DNA of 64,000 nucleotides, taken from positions 94,674,001 to 94,738,000 of the forward strand of contig NC_043005.1 in assembly GCF_006345805.1 (NCBI RefSeq). The letters are read 5' to 3'. The stretch's first letter is position 1. The number at the start of each line of letters is the position of its first letter. The notes under the pieces were generated by a model, which was given only the letters and a program-made list of their open reading frames with translations, was not told the DNA's origin and did not search any database. The DNA comes from Octopus sinensis. Lineage: Eukaryota. Positions 15,625 to 29,440 of this stretch are shown piece after piece. The position numbers and the translations under genes are program-made.

Positions 15625-16291
15625 ATATATACATACATATTCATAGTGACCATATTCATAGTGACCTAATATACATATCCATAAGCTTTTTGCCGTGAAC
15701 AATAGAAAACACTGGCAGCAGTAAAGTAAACTTTAACTGGCGACGGTAATGAGGATGTTGTGGCAGTGACTCTGATGAGATGATGATGATGATGATGATG
15801 ATGATAATGATCATCATCATCATCATCATCATCATCGTCATCATAGAGGCGATGGTAGTAGTGCTGTAGTTGTAATGATAATGATAGTAGGGCTGTCGTA
15901 TTGAGGATGATGTGGAGGAGGAAAAAGAAGTGGAGCAGGAGGATAAAAATTTAGCAGTTGTCCTGTGATGATGATGATGATGATGATGATGACTGTGATG
16001 ATGAATAGGTGAAGGAGGATGAGATCATTGGTAGAGGTTCTGTGATGATTGAGTTGATTGACATGATAATGAGACTATCCGCCCCACTGCATCTCTTTAT
16101 CTATTTTTCTATTTCTTACACCAATTTTGTTTTTATATATCTTTCTTTTCTTCTTTTTTTTATTCTCCCCCTCCCCTTTCCTTTTCACTCATTCTGAAGA
16201 CGCTAGACCCTTTCTTTGCTTTCCTGCCGCTGTGTAGTCGTTATAATTATCAAGTCAATTGCATCTTTACTCAACCCACCCCCATGTAGTA

Positions 16292-16369
<78 letters not shown>

Positions 16370-16835
16370 TATATGGGTGTGTATATGTTTGTTGTGTCTG
16401 TGTCTGTGTAAGAAAAATATAAATAAACAGATAAATAAATTTTAAAAACGGTTAAAATGCACCCATCCACACATATCGTTACCCGCCGCCCACACATAAA
16501 CACACACACGTTCGCGCGCTTACAGAGTTGAACGATAAGTCCAAGACGCGACCCGGTATAACACAAACGCTCTTGGATCTTCAATAAACGACTTTGATGG
16601 CGGTTCACTCTGTTCCTAGCATTCGAACTAGACCCGCCCCTCTAAAGTTCCCATGTCCAGCATGTTTTTTTATTTACTTTTTTTCTGCAGATGTTCAAGG
16701 CTGGGACTATCATTTCATCAATACACCCCCCCCAGACAAAAAGGATATTATATATATATATAATATATATATATATAATATAGGAAGATATAATTATGCA
16801 TATAAATATATACATATACATATACATATATATAC

Positions 16836-16904
<69 letters not shown>

Positions 16905-16922
16905 TATGTATGTATGCATATG

Positions 16923-16987
<65 letters not shown>

Positions 16988-17041
16988 ACATACATATTCA
17001 TATATACACGTATATATGTGTATATATGTATGTATATTGGC

Positions 17042-17220
17042 TTAAAATTTTGACAGAAGGCCAACAATTTCCGGGGAGGGAGTAAGTCGATTAAATCGGC
17101 CCCTGTACTCAACTGGTACTTATTTTATCGACCTCGAAAGGATGAAGGGCAAAGTCGGACAGTCGCAATGCTGCTAAGCTCTTTGTCCGGCGTGCTAACG
17201 ATTGCACCAGCTCTCCGCCT
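17042..17220 (-). mobile_element. SINE family B with tail type 2 (GGCCTTGTGCCAAAATTT-like), internally deleted
   Basis: Head, body and tail motifs on the minus strand. Confidence 0.75.
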
Positions 17221-17889
17221 TTCTATATATGTATTTATCAATCGTCTGTTGATAAATAAACAGCTTTTCTAAATTTCTTCTCCAGTTTCAATAGCCCCTG
17301 TTAACACTCTTGAATTACCTAAAGTTCAGTGGGCAGAAAGAAACAACCCGTTATCTATTGAGTTCTTTAAATTTCTAAAGTTGTCCCTCCTAACATCAAA
17401 TCCAGTTTTCCAAAACACATGCACTCATGAAACGTCCGCCATAATTACTATTATCCTCTTTGTCTATTGTATAAGCATTGACCGTCTGCTTGACTACGTC
17501 TCATGAGATTCCGCTACACCCCCAGTGCATGCACATACACACAGACAAACACGCTTTCGGTTGGCTGACTGCTTTCTTTTCATTTTTTTTCTTCTTATTT
17601 CTAATTCATAAGCCATAAGACCATATTCTTTACTCTTTCAACTTGTTTACTCATAAGAAAGTTAAAATATAATTTAGATATATACTCACAAATACAGACA
17701 TGTAGATATACATAGGCGCGTAGGCATGTATATAAAGGTGTGTATGTATATGTTTGTATGTGTATAGGTATACACACATATACATTCTTGAAAATAACAC
17801 TGACATCTCATTTTGACAGATATATTTACCAAAATTACATAAAAATATCTTGAAATAATAAAGAGTAAATTTATTTAATAAAATCGCAT

Positions 17890-18300
17890 TTAGCTTCAAC
17901 CACGACTTCGGGATCTCCTGCAACTCTTCTGGGCGGTCTCCTTGTTTAATTTGGTGAATGCTGCCATAATCCTTGCCTTCAGTTCACCTTTGATGCTACA
18001 AGGAATTTTGTTTGTCTCTCGCTCAGTTGCGCCCCACATAATAATCAAGTGGGTTGCAGTCTTGGAAGTTATGTGGCCTGATGTTAGGGTTGATGTGGTC
18101 GCAGAAATTGTTTGACAGCCATGACTGGGTTCTCCTGCTTGTGTGGCATGGTGCAGAGTCCTATTGCCAGAGGGTCTTCCAGCAGCCACCCTCTTGAACA
18201 AGGGCAGCACTACCTCATCTAGGCACCTGATGTAGGCCTCCATGTTAAGTTTGAGGCTGTGTGGGAAGATGGATGGAGGCATAACGTCGTCGTCACTAGT
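17890..18300 (-). pseudogene. Tc1/mariner transposase relic, maT (DD37D)-like catalytic half
   Basis: With frameshifts: SDDDVMPPSIFPH..AYIRCLDEVVLP..Q*DSAPCHTSRRTQSWLS..DCNPLDYYV..ERETNK..ELKARI; 37 residues between second and third Asp. Confidence 0.8.
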
Positions 18301-18556
18301 GATCACACCATGCTGTTGACTGGATGTTTGAGTTTTATCGCTCTCGGTACATGCACTGTCCTCAGATTAATACCTAAACACTCCAAATTGTTCGTACTGG
18401 AGTTTCTGGCGCGAATGCCAAGCAGTACAGCATGTCGTTTCCAAGTTTCTGGCAGAGTGAATTTTATATATATATATATATATAAGCATTATATATATAA
18501 GCATTATATATGTAAGCATTATATGTACATATATGCATATATATGTATACATATAT

Positions 18557-18612
<56 letters not shown>

Positions 18613-18880
18613 GTATGTATTATATTCACACACGGTCAAACACGCATAGGCACACACACACGTACACTCACACATATAAGTACATAAATCCATGCATGCA
18701 CACTTACATGCACACACATATCTGTTACGTATGGATGTATTGATATATGAACATGAAAAAATACTCATACAATCACATATACGTGTGTGTGCTTATATAC
18801 ACACACATGCACCACACACATACACGTGTTTATCCCATGCGTGTGTGTGCATGATGGAGTCCTTGTGTGCATAAATGGGG

Positions 18881-18957
<77 letters not shown>

Positions 18958-18959
<2 letters not shown>

Positions 18960-19341
18960 CGCAGGAGTGCCTGTGTGGTAAGTAGCTTGTTTACCAATCA
19001 CATGGTTCCGGGTTCAGTCCCACTGCGTGGCACCTTGGGCAAGTGTCTTCTACTATAGCCTCGGGCCGACCAAAGCCTTGTGAGTGGATTTGGTAGACAG
19101 AAACTGAAAGAAGCCTGTCGTATATATGCATATATATGTGTGTTTGTGTCCCCCTAGCATTGCTTGACAACCGATGCTGGTGTGTTTATGTCCCCGTTAC
19201 TTAGCGGTTCGGCAAAAGAGACCGATAGAATAAGTACTGGGCTTACAAAAGAATAAGTCCCGGGGTCGAGTTGCTCGATTAAAGGCGGTGCTCCAGCATG
19301 GCCGCAGTCAAATGACTGAAACAAGTAAAAGAGTAAAAGAG
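18958..19341 (+). mobile_element. SINE family A, full length
   Basis: A-box-like TGCCTGTGTGG, B-box-like GGTTCAGTCCC, CORE-like CCTTGGGCAAG, internal TA/TG tract, tail GGCGGTGCTCCAGCATGGCCGCAG..(GTAAAAGA)2. Confidence 0.9.
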
Positions 19342-19710
19342 TATATATATATATATATATATGTATGTATATATACACCATCTGTCCTTCTCAGTCACTT
19401 AACGGCAGTGGTACAAAAGATATTGGGAGACAACAGCTGCCCCTTCTTTTGAAGTCATTCATACTAATTTTATACTTAACTATAAAGGTAATCTGAAGGT
19501 AATCTCGGCAGTCGTACTGACATGTGTACTTGGGTTATTCTTTAATAATATCACTTTTTCTTTAGTGCAATATAGAAGCAACGTATATCTATGTGTAGTG
19601 AATTCTGTTTCTTTTTTTTCTTTTTCTTATTGTCTGTGTGCCCCAGTGTATTATGTATGTTGTGTATGTGTGTGGGAATGTGATTCTTAATGTGAGAATA
19701 TACTATATAT

Positions 19711-20130
19711 TGCTTTCAGATTTTAGCACAAGGCATGCTGTTTTGGAGAAGGTGATGAGTTGATTAAATCGACCCCAGCGCTTGTTTGGTACTGCCTGAC
19801 TTTGCCTTTCTGGCAAAGTCCACCCCGGCAGACTTTGAACACAGAAATTAAAGCCGTATGAAATGCTGCTAGTCATTTCGTCTGCATGCTAACGACTCTA
19901 CCAGCTCGCCATCTTACTTTGACCATATATTGGTTTCAAATTTTGGCCCAAAGCCAGCTGTTTTTGGGAAAGGGTTAAATTGATTACATTGATCCCAGTA
20001 TTAAGTCGTACTTATTTTATCAACCCAAAATGATGAAAGACAAAGTCGACCCCGGCGGAATTTGAACTCACAACGTAAAGATGGACGAAATGCCGCCCGG
20101 CGAGCGAACGATTTTGCCAGCTTACCTCCT
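19711..20130 (-). mobile_element. Two adjacent SINE family B copies, tail type 2 (19711-19912 and 19929-20130)
   Basis: Each has head, body and tail 2 on the minus strand. Confidence 0.75.
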
Positions 20131-20734
20131 TGCTTATGATCATATATTGCAAATGGTTTTTATGTTACTTCCTTGTGAATGCAGTTATACATAAGCAAGA
20201 GTAGTTAAACAGGTTATATGCAAAGCGCAAGTGCAAAACAGGAAAATCAGAAAGACTCGAATGCAGTCGAAATATCGATTAATCTTTAATAAATTATTTG
20301 TCAGCAAAATATTTTACAAGAGTGCTCGAAAGTAATTGGAAAAATTGTCGACTCGACGAACGAACACGGCTATCATTTACGTTTAGAAGATATACTGACA
20401 GCAACCCCTCGTGCCACATTTAAGTCGAGAATGACTTACATTACACCACAACGACAAACCGAAGCAATATTTGTATCAGTAATTTTAAAGATTTCTATAA
20501 TTGCATAATCTTCTCTTCAAGTTAAGAAGTGTCTCATCCCCAAAGATCTTGCTGTGTACTGGGCCCTTTTCAAGATCTCACGGTCTCCATCTCTAAACCA
20601 TGATAGTCGTGGACTCCTTAAATTCTATTTGTTTAAGGCATTGGACTGTAGCCCTAGCGGGGCACCACCTTGAGGTCATTAAATCAATCAAATTGATACG
20701 AGTTCGCATTTTTAAAAGTCTGGTACTTATAGTA

Positions 20735-22645
20735 CATAAAATCTAACCCCAGAGCTTTCTACAGGTATGCCAAAGAAACAGCTACGGTGCACTGTAGGAT
20801 ATGGCCACTCCTTGAAAAGGATGGCACACTCACAGGAAATCCAATGAGGGTAAGTGAAAATACTAAATGAGCAATTCAAGAGTATTTTCACGCCACCCCT
20901 AGGGCATTTTCAAGTCAGCAATCTAACTGACTTCTTTACCACTGCAGATATAAAATCGCAGGCAGCAATGATTGATTACATCAATATAAAGGAAGACGAT
21001 GTAATAAAGGCTATTGATAAAATGAAAACAAACTCAGCTACTGGCCCAGGTGGATTCCCAGCAATCATCCTAAAAGTATGTAAGAGAGTCCTAGCAAGTC
21101 CACTGCAGTTCCTCTTTCAGAGCTTCCTTGCAACTGGCAAACTTCCAAGAAAACTGAAGGAAGGTAAAATATGCCCTATTCATAAAGGAGGTAGCAGAGC
21201 GGAGGCCAAGAACTACAGACCTATCTCTCTGACCTCACACATCAGCAAGGTCATGGAACGAATAGTCTGAAGGAAACTAATCACCTTCCTTGAAGAAAAT
21301 GACTTGCTGCCTGACACTCAACATGGTGTCCGACCAGGAAGAAGCTGTTTAACTCAGCTCCTACAACACTATGACTGGGTGCTGAAACGACTGCTCAACC
21401 ACTCAAATGTGGAAGTGATATATCTCGACTTTGCAAAGGCCTTTGATAAAGTCGATCATGGAATGCTATGTAACAAACTGCGTGATCTTGGCATAGTTGG
21501 AAAATTGGGAGAGTGGCTTCATGACTTTCTGAAGGATAGAAGTCAGGTGGTAGTAGCCATTAACATGCAAATAGTTAGCGGTGTTCCGCAGGGCACTGTT
21601 TTGGGACCACTACTGTTCATAATGGTCCTCTCAGACATGCCCTCAGCCACGCAGAGAGCCACGATCACAAGTTATGCAGATGATACAAAAGTTTCACAGG
21701 CAATACAGAACCCTGCAATGTGAGCTGGGCAAAATATACAAGTGGGTTGAAAAGAATAGCATGCAGTTCAATGCTGAAAAGTTTCAAGCTTTATGCTATC
21801 AGCACGCAAAACTAAATGCAATACCCAATAAATACACTAGACCTGGAGGGACTGCAATCCCAGAGGCACAATCAGTGCGAGACCTGGGTATTTACATGAG
21901 TGATGATGCAACCTTTCATGTGCATGTTGCTAAATTGGCAATGAAATGTAGGCGGCTGACCGGATGGATTCTTAGAACCTTCAGAACAAGAGACCAGGAA
22001 ACCATGATGGTCCTCTGGAGGACACTTGTCCTAAGCCACTTTGACTATTGCTCTCAGCTATGGTCACCATCCAGTGTCAAGTTAATCACAGAACTTGAGG
22101 CGATCCAACGAAGCTACACGAAGAAGATAGCCTCTGTGCAGCATATAAGCTATTGGGAAAGACTCAAGAGATTGAGACTCTATTCCTTAGAGCGTAGGCG
22201 AGGAAGATATGCCATAATATACATCTGGAAGATCCTGGAAGGACCTGTCCCAAACTTTGGCATCGAGAGTTACACAAATGCCAGAACTGGGCGCCACTGC
22301 ATAGTGCCAAGGACTCCAAATTTGCCATCAAGATGTAGGACAAGATACTGTGATAGCCTGGGCTTCAGAGGCCGACAGCTCTTCAATATTCTCCCGAAGA
22401 ACCTAAGAGACCTGCATGGGGTGGATGCAGATGTCTTTAAAATGAAACTGGATCTCTTCTTGTCAGGTATCCCAGATGAACCAACTTCACGGCAGGAGGT
22501 GCAGATGAGGGCAGCTGCATCGAACTCTCTCATGCACCAAATGGCAGTTGCTAAAAAGCATTCGTGAAGTAAAATCATGTAGCAACACCAAATGGTGGTG
22601 CCCCAGCATGGCCACAGCTAGTGAGCTGAAACTAGATAAATAAAG
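20735..22645 (+). mobile_element. CR1/L2-group LINE, 5'-truncated and inactivated
   Basis: IKSNPRAFYRY..ILNEQFKSIFT, NYRPISLTSHISKVMERI, YLDFAKAFDKVDHG, SGVPQGTVLGPLLF, YADDTK, LRLYSLERRR; stop at 21268-21270, internal deletion, frameshift near 21715; short 3' UTR. Confidence 0.9.
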
Positions 22646-23136
22646 AAAAAAAAAGAAATAGTATCAATGCCTTTTTGCTGAACTGCTAAGTTACGAGAAT
22701 CCAAAGATAAAAAAAACATCGGTTATGAAAGGATGAGAAACGAATACAAATACAAAGACGCAAACACCATCTCGCACTCGCGCGCCCACACACCACACAC
22801 ACACACACACACACGCGTGTGTGTGAATATACGTGTGTGTATGTATGTATGTATATATAGAGACAAATAAATAGTTAGTTAAATACACGATTGGCTTCCA
22901 CATACTGTCTGTCTATCAAATTCACTCAGACAACATTTGTCAGCCCTAGACTATAGCAAGATCCATTAATCAAAAAAGCATGAGACGGAACTGAATTCGA
23001 AAATACGTGGGAGCAAAACGAACTTAAACGTATCTGTCTCTCTCTCTTTCTATCTATCAGCTCTTCTAAATATCAATCAATCTATCCATCTACCTATCTA
23101 TCTAACTATACATACATATGTGCGCATATATACTTA

Positions 23137-23193
<57 letters not shown>

Positions 23194-24166
23194 ATATATA
23201 TATATTTATATATACGTATATATACTCATATATACATTATATACAGGTAATTATTTCTACGCAGCTATGTTGTTGTTTGTTTCTGTCTCATTTGGTCTAA
23301 AGTATGTATGACAACCACCGTTATATGTTTTGTTTGTCATTACCGTTTCAATTTCGTTTTCGTCTCTTGTGTTACATCCGTCTTGTGCGTTCACATTCCT
23401 GTCTTCTACCAAGAAATCTAATGCTTACAGCTTAGTTTTTTTCTTGGGGCGGCCGATGGAGCAAATATCAGAATGAACAGCCGAAATTTGCTATGATGTC
23501 GGTGTACTGAAGATGAAGGCTTCGAATGATTGTCTGTGTCCGTGTTCGTCCCTTCTGGTTTCACGTTCATTATATATAAAAACATCTTCTTATATATATA
23601 TATATATATACGACCGTATACAATATTTTGGTTTCAGATTTTCGTAAAGTACTAAATAACACGGCTATCTCTCTCTCTCTTTATCTCTCTATCTCCCCCT
23701 CTCTCTCTCCCTATCAATCTATCTATTTACAATATCGTCCGAAGAATCGTGCTTTTGTGAAACTATTAGTAACGAGGAATATTTCCCCGTACGTGTATTA
23801 CATGTCACAATCTAGCTGTCTGGATTAATCCCTAATATAATACGGTTCAATGTATGATAACTTGCGGCAGATCTATTTGCCATTTCTGTCAGGTCGAAAG
23901 ACTCCTCCATTGACTTAACGAAGTTTTGTCTTTCAAGCAGCTGTTGACTGGTAAAGAGCGAAAAAATCTAACCCAAATAAGGACTTATATTAAAAAAACA
24001 TAGCGGGTGGAAACGGGGCTATGGAAAGTAATGTGAAATCGTTGCATCCATGATAGAAAAAATACATGAATTATATTATCTGTGGTAAGGACTTCATTTT
24101 GTTTAATGTCTGTCATCAGTTTTTGCTTATTATTTTTTTATATTTCGTTTGAGATAATACTTATCA

Positions 24167-24230
<64 letters not shown>

Positions 24231-24788
24231 GAGTGAGAGAGCAGTTCATGCCATCAAAGTGACACTGGGGTGTAAAAATACGAAGCCCAATATACCCATC
24301 ATGACTACCCTTCTGATAAAGGTACACCAGGCACATGCATCACAACCATATGTGCGCGACATGGGGATCTCATATCAAGATAAACAGCACATGACCTTGC
24401 AGGTAGAGCCCAGTTAGAATTTTCTTCAGGCTGAGTAGCCCATCCCGCTCAAAAGGTCCCTGAATAAGGGTTTGTTTAAGGATGTGTGAAAGAACCACCC
24501 ATGTTTCCAGAGGTGAACTATTCAAACCCCAAAGAATCCCTCTCAACACATGGTTGATGATGCTCCCCCACTACTTCTGCTCGTGATCAGAGATGCACAT
24601 ATCGTCAGCCACTAAGGGACATGCTCAACTGGTTAAGGTCAAACAACTGACAAGTAAATCTGTGGTATTGAGCAGAATATTTGCTGTAGCCCATCTTTTA
24701 TACCAAGACAAAACAATGTACATGATAACACTTCCAATCAGTTAAGATCAGAAGCCATGAGAGCCACTGCCTGGTACTGCATCAGGGC

Positions 24789-24790
<2 letters not shown>
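24231..24790. mobile_element. 560-bp non-coding interspersed element embedded in an (ATT)n array
   Basis: Complex sequence bounded by (ATT)n at about 24169-24230 and 24791-24840; no ORF or TIR seen. Confidence 0.6.
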
Positions 24791-24842
<52 letters not shown>

Positions 24843-25602
24843 TTTTATCATTTTGTGCGATTTGTTGTATTTTTTTTACCCCGAGTCAACTAAAGCTTTG
24901 TGAGTAGCTTAGGGAGACAAAAACTGAAAGAAAACCGTCGAGTATATGTGCATTATATGCGTTTCTTTGCGTTTGTGATTTCCCTCCGCACTGATTTGTT
25001 TACTTCCCCGTGACCTTGCGGTTCGATAAAAAGACCCGATATAAACAATAAGTACTAAAGACGATTTGTTTGACTGAACCCTTCAAGCCAGTGTCCCAGA
25101 ATGGGCGCAGTTCAATGACTGTAACAGGTAAAAGTTAAACGATATATTTCTTTATTCATTATCCTTCATATCTGCCTTTGTTTCCATTTCTCCTGCTCTC
25201 TCTCTCTATCTTCTCTTCGTTCCTCGTTTTCTTTCTCCTGCCCCTTCCTTTCCCTTAGTCTTTTCTTATTATTTTCTGCCAATCCTGCAATTTTTTTCCC
25301 TTTTCTTTCTGTTATCATTTCATACTGTTTCCTTTTGTTTTAACTCTTCCTTCCTTTCTTCCTTCCTTCCTTTCTTTTTTTCATTCTTTCAGTCTTTCCT
25401 TTTTTATTTCTTTCTTTCTTGCTTGCTTCCCTGTTTGTCTCTTCCTTGCTTTCTTCCTCTCTTTCTTCTTACGCTCTTGCTTATATTTCTTTTCTTTATC
25501 TTTCATTCATTCTTTCACTCGTTTCTTCCTTATTCCTTGCAATCACTTTCTTTCGTAATTTCTTTCTTTCTTTCTCTCTCCCTCTCTTCTATCTTTGCCC
25601 TC

Positions 25603-25610
25603 ACTATCTG

Positions 25611-25683
<73 letters not shown>

Positions 25684-25689
25684 ATATCG

Positions 25690-25737
<48 letters not shown>

Positions 25738-25740
25738 CTG

Positions 25741-25806
<66 letters not shown>
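25603..25806. repeat. (TCTA)n microsatellite with no adjacent Tx1 sequence
   Basis: Direct reading. Confidence 0.97.
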
Positions 25807-25807
<1 letters not shown>

Positions 25808-25990
25808 CCCTTCTTATCTTCCTCTTTTTCCTTTTCCTTTACTTCGTCCCGGTTTTTTTTACATCTTTATATATAATTCCTTCATTCGTTCACTCATATT
25901 GTTCTACCGATCGCTCATAAACACAAATCCACAAGAAATATAGAAAATTAATCACACAATATATCATAGTTTCATGAATTCTGGTCTTCA

Positions 25991-27214
25991 ATATCTCATT
26001 TATTTAAATTCTGAACTATTTATTGTCTGTGTGTACTAAACACGCGTGCGCACTCGCACAAATTCATGCAATCACACACACATACACAAACGCACGCACA
26101 TACGAATGAAATAAATAAAGATATAAATAAATATATAAATAAAAATAAACGAATAAGAATAGATGAGTGTACAAACACTAAACTTTTACAGCTGATTCTA
26201 CCATGGAGTTGCCAAATCTTCCAAGTTATCTTCATCACGCCAGTGATATACAAGGATGAACAAACATTGGACAGGGGTGGACAATGGTTGACCTCAAGGC
26301 TTCATCAGAGAGACCAAATGTTAGGTAACTAACATATGGGAAAGTAAGTTAAAATAATAAGATAAAATGAAATTAAAATAATATAATAGAAATAGTAAGG
26401 AATGGTAAGAACTTCATTTTTCAATGCTATTATAATCCACATTTACAACTTATGGTAAATGAAGCTACTTTCAGGAGAAATTTCCGCAGGCTGTGGGTTA
26501 CATCGTGTTTCAATTATACTAGAGGAAATAGCCAGGGTAAGATGTTGTATTGTGAGTTTAATGGTATGGTCCATGTCACAGGGATCAGAAGTTAGAGGCT
26601 AACTGCTATTTAAAGGAGTTGGAAGACTTGACTTAAATTGAACATGTTTCGAAAGATTCAATACATAAGTATATCAATGAAAGAAAAGTTTGGTAAAACC
26701 TTAGTGCAATGTGATTATTTGTTACTTATTAACAGAAACCTAATCCCAATAGTTGTAGAGTGAGGTCAAAGTCATTACTGCAACATAATTGGTCAGTTAA
26801 TATTTGGGAACAATGGCGTTGTTCAGGTCCGTTAAAACTATCAATAAATTACAAGACAAAAACAAAGTAAAAACAAAAAATACAAAATACAATATTTAAG
26901 GAGTGAATAGTCTAATGGGTCTTACTAATGAATGGGCGATGAAAAGCACTTACGGATCCATATCTCATTTATTTAAATTCTGAACTATTTATTGTCTGTG
27001 TGTACTAAATACGCATGCGCACTCGCACAAATTCATGCAATCACACACACATACACAAACGCACGCACATACGAATGAAATAAATAAATATATAAATAAA
27101 TATATAAATAAAAATAAACGAATAAGAATAGATGAGTGTACAAATACTAAACTTTTACAAGTGATTCTACCATGGAGTTGCCAAATCGTCCAAGTTATCT
27201 TCATCACGCCAGTG
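25991..27214 (+). repeat. 255-bp direct repeats (25991-26245 and 26960-27214) around a 714-bp spacer
   Basis: Both run from ATATCTCATTTATTTAAATTC to CATCACGCCAGTG with few substitutions. Confidence 0.92.
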
Positions 27215-27439
27215 TTTTATATGAATATATCTGAGATATATATCAAATTAACAAGTAATTGTCTGAATGAGAAAAGTAATGGACGAAGCAATTAGTGGAA
27301 ATGTAAACAAACGATAAACAAACGTTATCGGGCTCTATCGGAGGAAAGTAGCCGGTTAGTATATTATCACATTAAAATGCAGGGATAAATTATAAAGAGT
27401 CAGAAGTAGTCGTCGGTGGATTTCTAAGATTTCATCAAC

Positions 27440-27775
27440 CCTAATTTGTGATGGCCAAATTTTCCTGAATATAATCTCATGTGTGGGGTGCAGTTCATAA
27501 AGACACAAACCACTCTGCATGCAATGCCAAGGTCGAGCTGCTGGCTAAGATCAAGGAGGTGTTCAAAGATCTTTCCAGAGACAGTGATGGACGCATACGC
27601 CAGTTTCCGGAGCCATCTTGAGGCCATTATGGAAGCTAAGAGCGGCTATTTTGAGTCAACTGTTATTTCTGAGCCATAATCTAGTTGATGTCTTATGAAT
27701 TTTAAAATGCTTTTAAATTTTGAATGGAATATTGTGTTCCCTTTCCCTTTTATGCAATTTTACCCGAACAACCTG
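27440..27775 (+). mobile_element. Tc1/mariner (maT-like) 3' relic with one terminal inverted repeat
   Basis: Degenerate WP..P..N..VWG and FRSHLEAIMEAKSGYFE; ends ..CCCGAACAACCTG followed by TA. Confidence 0.6.
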
Positions 27776-28526
27776 TATATATGACGGGCTTCTTTCAGTT
27801 TCCATCAACAGAAGACATTTGCCAAGATGTCGTTTAGTGAGGCTGAAATCATGATTACATGGTTGGGAAGTAAGTTATCTTAGCCACAACAGTTACGCCT
27901 GCATCTATATAGTCGTTTACAGTAGCAGCATGTCTCTCACAACCTCTTGGGTTCAAGCTCAAGCTGTAAGATTATTAATTTCCATCGAAGAAGATGGATC
28001 GGAGTGTCTCCATTATGTTTTAGTCAGTGCCGCATAGTATATAGTTGCTGTGACCACAGCTTATTGTTCACCTTCGATAGTGTCTGATTCTAAAACGCCG
28101 GTTGTTGGTATCTTTTTTGTAGTCTTGTATCCAGCAAGGTGACTCACGTGTACAACAGAGGAATTATTTTAGAATAATAGTAACTATATGCAAAGACGTG
28201 TTTATTGTCCAAAATTTTTTCCACGTGAATTTTTATTATACATCGCACGCCATAGATAACTATTAATTTAAGATAAGCTTTTCTTTTCAATTGTCATGGA
28301 AGACGTTCTTATTGTCTGACTGAAGACACTTTTAAGAATTTTGAAAAATTCCCTTGAAACTGCGATGGCTATTCGTCAAAGTTGTGTGCGCGCGTGTGTA
28401 TGTGTGTGTGTGTGTGTCTGTGTGTGTGTGTGTGTGTGTTTTGCACACGTATATTTATGCGTACATGCAAACGTATATACATTTACACATATAAATATAC
28501 ATACACGCATATGTATATATATACAT

Positions 28527-28953
28527 ACAGGAGTAGCTGCGTAGTAAGTAGTCTGCTAACCAACCACATGGTTCCGGGTTCATTCCCACTGTGTGGCACC
28601 TTGAGCAAGTGTCTTCTACTATAGCCTCGGGCTGACCAAAGCCTTGTGAGTGGATTTGGTAGACGGAAACTGAAAGAAGCTCATCGTATATATGTGTGTG
28701 TGTATGTGCGTATGCGTGTCTGTGTGTGTGTGTGTGTGTGTACATTTGTGTCTCTATGTTTGCCCTCCCCCCAACATCGCTTCACAACCGATGTTAGTGT
28801 GCTTACGTCCTCGTAACTTAGCGGTTCGCAAAAGAGACCGATAGAATATGTACTAGGCTTAGAAAGGATAAGTCCTGGAGCGATTTGCTCGACTAAAGGT
28901 GGTGCTCCAGCATGGCCGCAGTCAAATGACTGAAACAAGTAAAAAAATAAAAG
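28527..28953 (+). mobile_element. SINE family A, near full length
   Basis: Colinear with 18958-19341; longer internal TG tract. Confidence 0.88.
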
Positions 28954-29183
28954 AATATATATACATATACATATACACGTATATATTTGTATATGGATGT
29001 GTGTATGTATATATTTATGCATTTTTATATACACACACACGCACATCTATGTACATAAACATATATGCATATGTATGTATATATATATTATGTATGTATG
29101 TATAATATATATATATATATATATATATATGTGGTGTGTGAGTGTGTGTGTGGGTGTGTGTGTGTATATATATGCATATATAT

Positions 29184-29227
<44 letters not shown>

Positions 29228-29268
29228 AGTGTGTGTGTGGGGGTGTGTGTGTGTATATATATGCATAT

Positions 29269-29319
<51 letters not shown>

Positions 29320-29440
29320 GAAAGAAGGTTTGAAAATGCAATTTAAAAGATGTTTATTTACTTAACCGGTTTCACTCTTTGGAAAAAGATTGTCAAAAGT
29401 AACATAGAATATTATGAATTCAAAAAAGTTTTTTACATAA

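Noticed and set aside
16470-16650. CpG-rich patch with two GC boxes as a host promoter
   Set aside because: Short, with no linked exon or start site; not supportable from sequence alone
23280-23620. Second hammerhead-like motif (CCGATGGAGC..GCCGAAA)
   Set aside because: Two catalytic core positions are wrong and stems I and III cannot be formed
26246-26959. Possible L1 endonuclease relic on the minus strand (NDFDLTL, FSFIDIL, MDHT resembling GDFN, SRID, SDH)
   Set aside because: Motifs are too degenerate and the spacing is wrong; needs a profile search
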